Below, in pieces: positions 32,301 to 38,300 of a DNA stretch of 64,000 nucleotides (within the stretch, counting starts at the first letter, position 1; each line of letters starts with the position of its first letter). The notes beneath the pieces are model-generated. The model saw nothing but the letters and a program-made list of their open reading frames with translations, did no database searches and had not been told where the DNA came from. The translations under genes and the position numbers were made by a program. The DNA comes from Alphaproteobacteria bacterium (GTDB lineage Bacteria; Pseudomonadota; Alphaproteobacteria; DSM-16000; Inquilinaceae), in contig JANQGH010000078.1 of assembly GCA_028277405.1 (NCBI GenBank), forward strand, positions 31,557 to 95,556, given 5' to 3'.

Positions 32301-35300
32301 GGCCTGGCCGAGGGAGAATGCCTGGTAGGTTCCCGTTTCTCCCATCGGATTGATGACGTCGGCGCCCTGGCCCCAAAAGCCCTTCAGCAAGATCGAGTCG
32401 GCGGCATCGCCCTTGATCAGAACCGTGTTCGACGTGGAGGACAGGTTGAGCAGGTCGAGCTTGCTGAGAGCCAGCGTGTTGGCCGTCGATCCGCTGAGGT
32501 CGATCTTCTCCACGTCGACGAACAGGGCACCGGAAACGAAAGGCGACGGCCCGAGCGCATCGATGTTGACCGTGTCGATGCCCGAACCGAGATCAACCAC
32601 GAGGGCCCCGTCCGGCCCGATCACGGCAATGTCGTCACCGGCCCCACCGCGGAACACATCGAGCCCACCGCCGCCGATCATGAGATCATTGCCGCGGCCA
32701 CCGACAAAGCTCTCCGCCGCCGCCGTGCCGGTCAGCGTGTCGTTCGCGTCGTTGCCGAGATACGTGACCGCGCCGGTCACGTCGCCGCCGAAGATCACAT
32801 AGCTTTCACCGGCGGCGGCATTTGCGAGTGGAGCACCGATGATCAAATCATCGAACCCGTCGCCATTGACATCGCCCGCCGCATTGACCGACGGGCCCGA
32901 GTAATCGGCCGGATCGATTCCGTCGATGCGGAAACCATTGGTCCCGTCCAGCGCCGACAGGTCGAGCGCCGCCGAAAAACCGCCAGCAGCGCCAAACACC
33001 ACATAGGTTTCGCCAGCATCGGCGTTGCCGTTCGGATCGCCGCCGAAGGCGCCGATGATCAGATCGTCGAAACCGTCGCCATTGAAGTCGCCGGCACCGC
33101 TGACCGCAAAACCCGATGTGTCATCAGCATCGATGCCGTCGAGCCGGAAGCCATTGGTTCCGTCCAGCGCCGATAGATCAAAGGTAGGGGCGAAACCGCC
33201 TGCAGCCCCAAAAACGACATAGCTCTCGCCGGCGCCTGCCTCGCCGCCGGGGTCCGCCTCCCGGGCCCCGACAATGAGATCATCGAAACCATCGCCATTG
33301 ACGTCGCCCGCGCTGCTAACGGACACACCTGCATTGTCGTCGGCGTCGACGCCGTCCAGCCGGAAGCCGTTGCTGCCATCCAAGGTCGACAAATCGAAAG
33401 AGCTGCCGAAGGCGTCCGCGCCGCCGAACAAAACATATGCCCCGCCGGCTGCGTTGTTACCGTCAGGATCGATCCCACTGGCGCCAATAACGAGGTCAGC
33501 AAAACCGTCGCCGTTGACGTCCCCCGCCCCGCTGACCGAATAGCCGAAGCTGTCGCCGGCATCGAGACCGGCGATCCGGAACCCATCGTTGCCGTTCAGC
33601 CCCCCTAGATCGATGACGGCAGGGAATCCACCCGCAGCGCCGAACACCACATAGCTTTCGCCGGCAATGTTAAAACCGTCGGGATCAGCACGGCGCGCAC
33701 CGACGATGATGTCGTCAAAGCCATCGCCATTCATGTCGCCAGCGCTGCTGACCGAGAAGCCCGAGATGTCGTCGGTATCGACGCCGTCGAGGCGGAAACC
33801 GTTGCTGCCATCCAGTGTCGCCAGATCGAACGCGGGAGCAAAGCCGCCTGCGGCGCCAAACACCACGTAGCTTTCCCCAGCTCCGTCCTCACCATTCGGA
33901 TCGGCCTCTACAGCGCCAATGATCAGGTCGCTGAAACCGTCACCATTGACGTCGCCCGCTGTGCTCACTCGCCGCCCCGAGAAATCGCCAGCGTCGATAC
34001 CATCGAGCCGGAAGCCGTTCGTTCCATCCAGCGTGGCCAGATCGAGTGTAGCCGAGAATCCGCCGGCGGCGCCGAACACCACATAGCTTTCGCCGGCATA
34101 GGCCTCGCCGCCCGGACTGCCGCGATAGGCGCCGATGAAAATGTCGTCAAAGCCATCGCCGTTGACATCCCCGGCGGTGCTGACAGATCCGCCCGCCACG
34201 TCGCCGCCATCGATGCCGTCTATCCGAAAGCCGTTGGTACCGTCGAGATCGGCGAGGCTGAAGCTGCCCGTGATGGTGACGGTGACGGTTTGGATGTCGG
34301 TTTCCGCGCCGTCGGAGACTTGCAGCGTGTAATCGAGCACCAGCGTTTGCCCGAAACCCAGATAGTCGAACGCCTCAGCCCCGGAATCGAAGTCCCAGGC
34401 GATCGTTCCGGTCGTGGCGGTGCCGTCGATCACGGGGTTGGGCCCCAGATTCAGCATGGCGAGCAGCATGGCGTCGTCCGGCCGCCCGGCACTGGGCGCC
34501 GTTCCGCCTGCTGTCACTGAAAGAACGACCGCATCGACGCTGTCATTAAGGTCGGGGTCGGCGACCGTTAGCGTCCCGCTGGCGGTCAGCCCGGCATCGG
34601 TCTCGTCCAGCGCCACGGACGCGCTGTCGCCCGCCTCAATGGTGATCTCCGGCGCATCGTTGGCGCCGTCAAACTGGAAGTCGTCCTCGTGAAGGTCGGC
34701 GAGCTGGACGTTAAGCAGCGTGACGCTGTCGTCGGCGTCGAGCGCGATGACGACATCGCTGCCAAGCTCCGTCGCCGCCGCCAGCACACCGGCCAGATCC
34801 ACGAAGCCGAAGGCGCCGATTTCCAGTACGTCGTCGGTCCCGACGCCGGCCTGGAAATTCTCGATCGTGTCGTTGCCGCTGCCGTCGACGTAGAGGAACA
34901 GGTCGTTGCCGGCCCCACCATCGAGCGTGTCGTTGTCCGCCCCGCCATCGATGACATCGTCTGCGCTGCCGCTCAGGATGGAGTCATTGCCAGCGCCGCC
35001 ATTGACGACCTGCGTGATGCTGGAGGCGCTGGCGTCGAACACATCGTCGCCATCTCCGAGATTGGTGGTGACCGTGTTCTGGCTAACGCCCGCGGTTTCC
35101 AGGTTGGCGCCGATCGTGACACTGTCGGCGCCATCCCCTGTTGCGATCTCGATATCCTCGATACCGGTGACGGAGGAGGCAACGCCGTCGACACGGCTCG
35201 CAAAGTCGCCGTCATTGTCGACATTGTCGATGACGATGACATTACCCGAACCATCGCCATTGATCACCAGGGTGTCGTCGCCCAATCCGCCATCGATTAC

Positions 35301-38300
35301 GTCAGCGCCGTCGCCGACGGTATAGACGATCGTATCGGCGCCCCCGCCCGCATCGATCACGTCGTTGCCGCCAAGCCCCTCGATGAGATCGGTTCCGTCG
35401 CCCCCGACCAGAGTGTCTCTGTTGGCCGTGCCGGACGATCCACCATCGACATCGCCGACCTGGGACGCAGCCGCGCTGATGGCGCCGTTAAGAGCGGAGC
35501 CGGTGAACTGTTGCTCGGCATTTGAGGCGTCGTCGTTCTCGCCGGCGTCGGCAAGGGCGTCCGCCGCGTCGCCCTGAGCGACGATGGCGACCTTGGCAAT
35601 CTCCGTCAGCAGAGCGTTGTCCGGACTGCTCGTCTCCAGCTCCGAAATCTTCTCATTAGAGGCCGCGATGACGGTCGATGCGTCCTCCGCGGTGTTGGCC
35701 ACCGCCGCCGCGCCGATGCCGGCGTCGACCGCCGCATCGGTGATGAGTGTCTCGACGGTCTGCGGATCGTCCAGCGGCAGGGGGCCGCCTGCGCCGGCCA
35801 GATCGGCCGCCAGGCTGTCGAAAGCGACGTCAATGGCGGTGTCCTCATCGACGGCCCCTTGGCCTGCCCCTTCAACGAGGGCGGCAACCTGAACGACCGT
35901 GTTTTGGACCTGAACCTGCGTGGCAAGGATTTGCGCACCGACCGGATCACCCGCGGCGGCGGCCTCGACGGGATCGAATGTCGACAGGTCGACACCCGAC
36001 GGCAGGTCAAGCGATTGTTCTAGAATGGCTTGCGCCGCCGACGCATCGAGCGCCGCGCCGCTATCGATCAACGCGGCCATCAAGGTCGTGAGGGGCGTCA
36101 AAACCGTCGACCCTTCCGGGGCCCGCAACTGGCCCTTGAAGGCAAGGCCGGTCGATACGTCGACGCCGCCGAACAGGACAAGTGGCCCAGCCCCACCCAC
36201 CAGGCTGAAATCGCCGTCGGCATTGGTTGTGGTGAAGGCCTCGCCGCCGTCGAGAACGCCATTCATGTTGGCATCGGCAAAGACCGTCGCACCTGCGATG
36301 TAACCATCGACCGCCGACCCGATAAGCGCGTCCTCGACGACAACATTCAGCTCATCGGACACGAACTGGCCGCTTGTGTCGGTCGCCGTGACGACGACGG
36401 TGTAGGTGCCGTTGTCTCCGTCCAGCGGCGCTCCGGACAGCCGACCGGTCACACTGTCAAATTGCATCCAGGTTGGCAGCGGATCGCCATTGAGCAGCGT
36501 GGCGGAGAATGTCAGCGTGTCCGACGCGTCTGCATCGGCGAAGGCCGGGCCGGTATCGAGTTCGAAGCCGCCACTTTCCTCGGCAACCGACGGGTCCGGC
36601 AAGGAGGCAATCAGGATCGGCGCATCGTTTTCTCCGGTCACCTCGACCGTCAGGGTCGAAGACGACGGCGCGCCACTGTCGTCGGACATCGTGTAGTCGA
36701 TGGTCACCATGGCGGTATCGCCGACATCGAGCTCGTCGAAGTCCGTGCCCGGATCGAACCGGACCTGGTTGCCATCGATCGTCACGGACCCTGTGGTCAG
36801 GGCCCCTGCCGCGATGCCGGCCACCGACACGCCGTCGATGCTGTCCAGCGAAAAGGTCGCCGGGCCGTCGCCCGCGTCGACATCCGTATCGTTGGCCAGG
36901 ACATCAACGGTCAGGATGGTGTTCTCCGCCGTGCTGTCCGCATCCGATGCCGCGACCGGCGCCTCGTTCACGTTCGTCACCGTGACGGCGATGGTCTGTG
37001 TCGTTGGCGTGACGCCGTCCGTGACCTGAACCTCGACCTCATAGACGTTGTCGGCATCGGCATCGCCAGGCGTTTCGAAGTCAGGCGCATTGACGAAGGA
37101 GAGGTTGCCATCATTGTCGATGGTGAACAGGGCGTCATCGGCCCCGTTGCCGGTGATCGAGAATTCCAGCGGCCCGCCGACGGTGTCGGCATCGGTCGCG
37201 ATCACCTGCAGGACGGTCTGGGTGTTCTCGCCCACCGTAGCGCTGTCGGACGAGCTGATGATGGGCGCGTTGTCGTTCTCGTCCCCCACTGTGACGGTGA
37301 TGGTTTGGGTATCGATATTGAAGCCGTCGCTTGCCTCGACCGTGACTTCGTAAAGGTTGTCGGCGTCGGCATCGGCGGGGGTTTCGAAATCCGGCGCCGT
37401 GTTGAAGGTCAGACCCCCCGTGTCGGCATCGATGCTGAACAGGGCGGCATCCGCCCCGCCGACAATCCTGAAGACCGGCGTCTCGCCATCGGCGTCCTCG
37501 GCCATCACGGTTGTCACCGAGCCTGTGTTCTCGGCCACGGCGATCGACGCCGTTTCGCCGCCGCCATCACTGGTGATGACCGGCGCGTTCGGGCTCGGGA
37601 CCTGGGTGAATGTCACCGCATCGATACGGGCGAACTCCCAGGCATCGCGGGTGCCCTTCAGGGTGATCTCGTCACCCTGTTTCAGCGACAGACCGTCGAT
37701 GACATGGGTTGAGATCGTCGAGCCGTCGCCTCCATTGCCGTTGTTGTTTTGCGTCAGGTCAATCGTCTCGATCAGAACGCCGTTCAGATAGATCTCGATG
37801 GCGCCTTCGCCGTCATTCTCGTCGATGTAGGCAAGCCTGAAATCGTAAAAGCCGTCTTCAGCGCCGAAGACAAAGGAGGCTTCGCCCTCGTCCCGTCTCA
37901 ACCGGATCACCTGGCCGCCGGACGCGGCGTCGACATCGTCTTCCCGATAGTTCCGAAGCGCCATGTCTTCGGCTTCGATCGTAAATGTACCGTCCGCATC
38001 CGGCTGCCAGACCAGCCCGGCGGAGAGTTCGCGATAGCGCACCCAGTTGCCGACGACATTGCCGGTGTCGACGACCGTCAACTGCGCCCCCGGCGGCGGA
38101 ACATCACCGAGGAAGGCGAAGAAATCATCGCGATCGGTTTCGCTGACGCCGCTAACCTCAACATCGATTAGGTAGAACCGATTGCCGTCTTGGTCTTCGA
38201 GAACGAGATATCGCTCCGCGTAGATCCGGACGCCCTCGTGCACGGTCTCGCCGTCCAGCACGATATCCGCCCGTTGGCCGGTTCTATCGTTGCCAATCTC

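Noticed and set aside
26769-34268. Whether the periodic repeat region could be a CRISPR array or a cluster of IS or MITE copies
   Set aside because: The period is ~2 kb, the region is one continuous ORF, and the repeats are protein domains. No short direct repeats separated by unique spacers occur anywhere in the window, and no cas genes were seen.
26301-37712. Many long plus-strand ORFs inside the giant gene (e.g. 26301-27308, 27966-28880, 30306-31535, 34689-35525, 36030-37712)
   Set aside because: They are antisense shadows of a high-GC, Asp/Gly/Ala-rich repetitive coding sequence. Their translations are Arg/Ala/Pro/Gly-rich low-complexity strings with no motifs, and they repeat only because the sense strand repeats.
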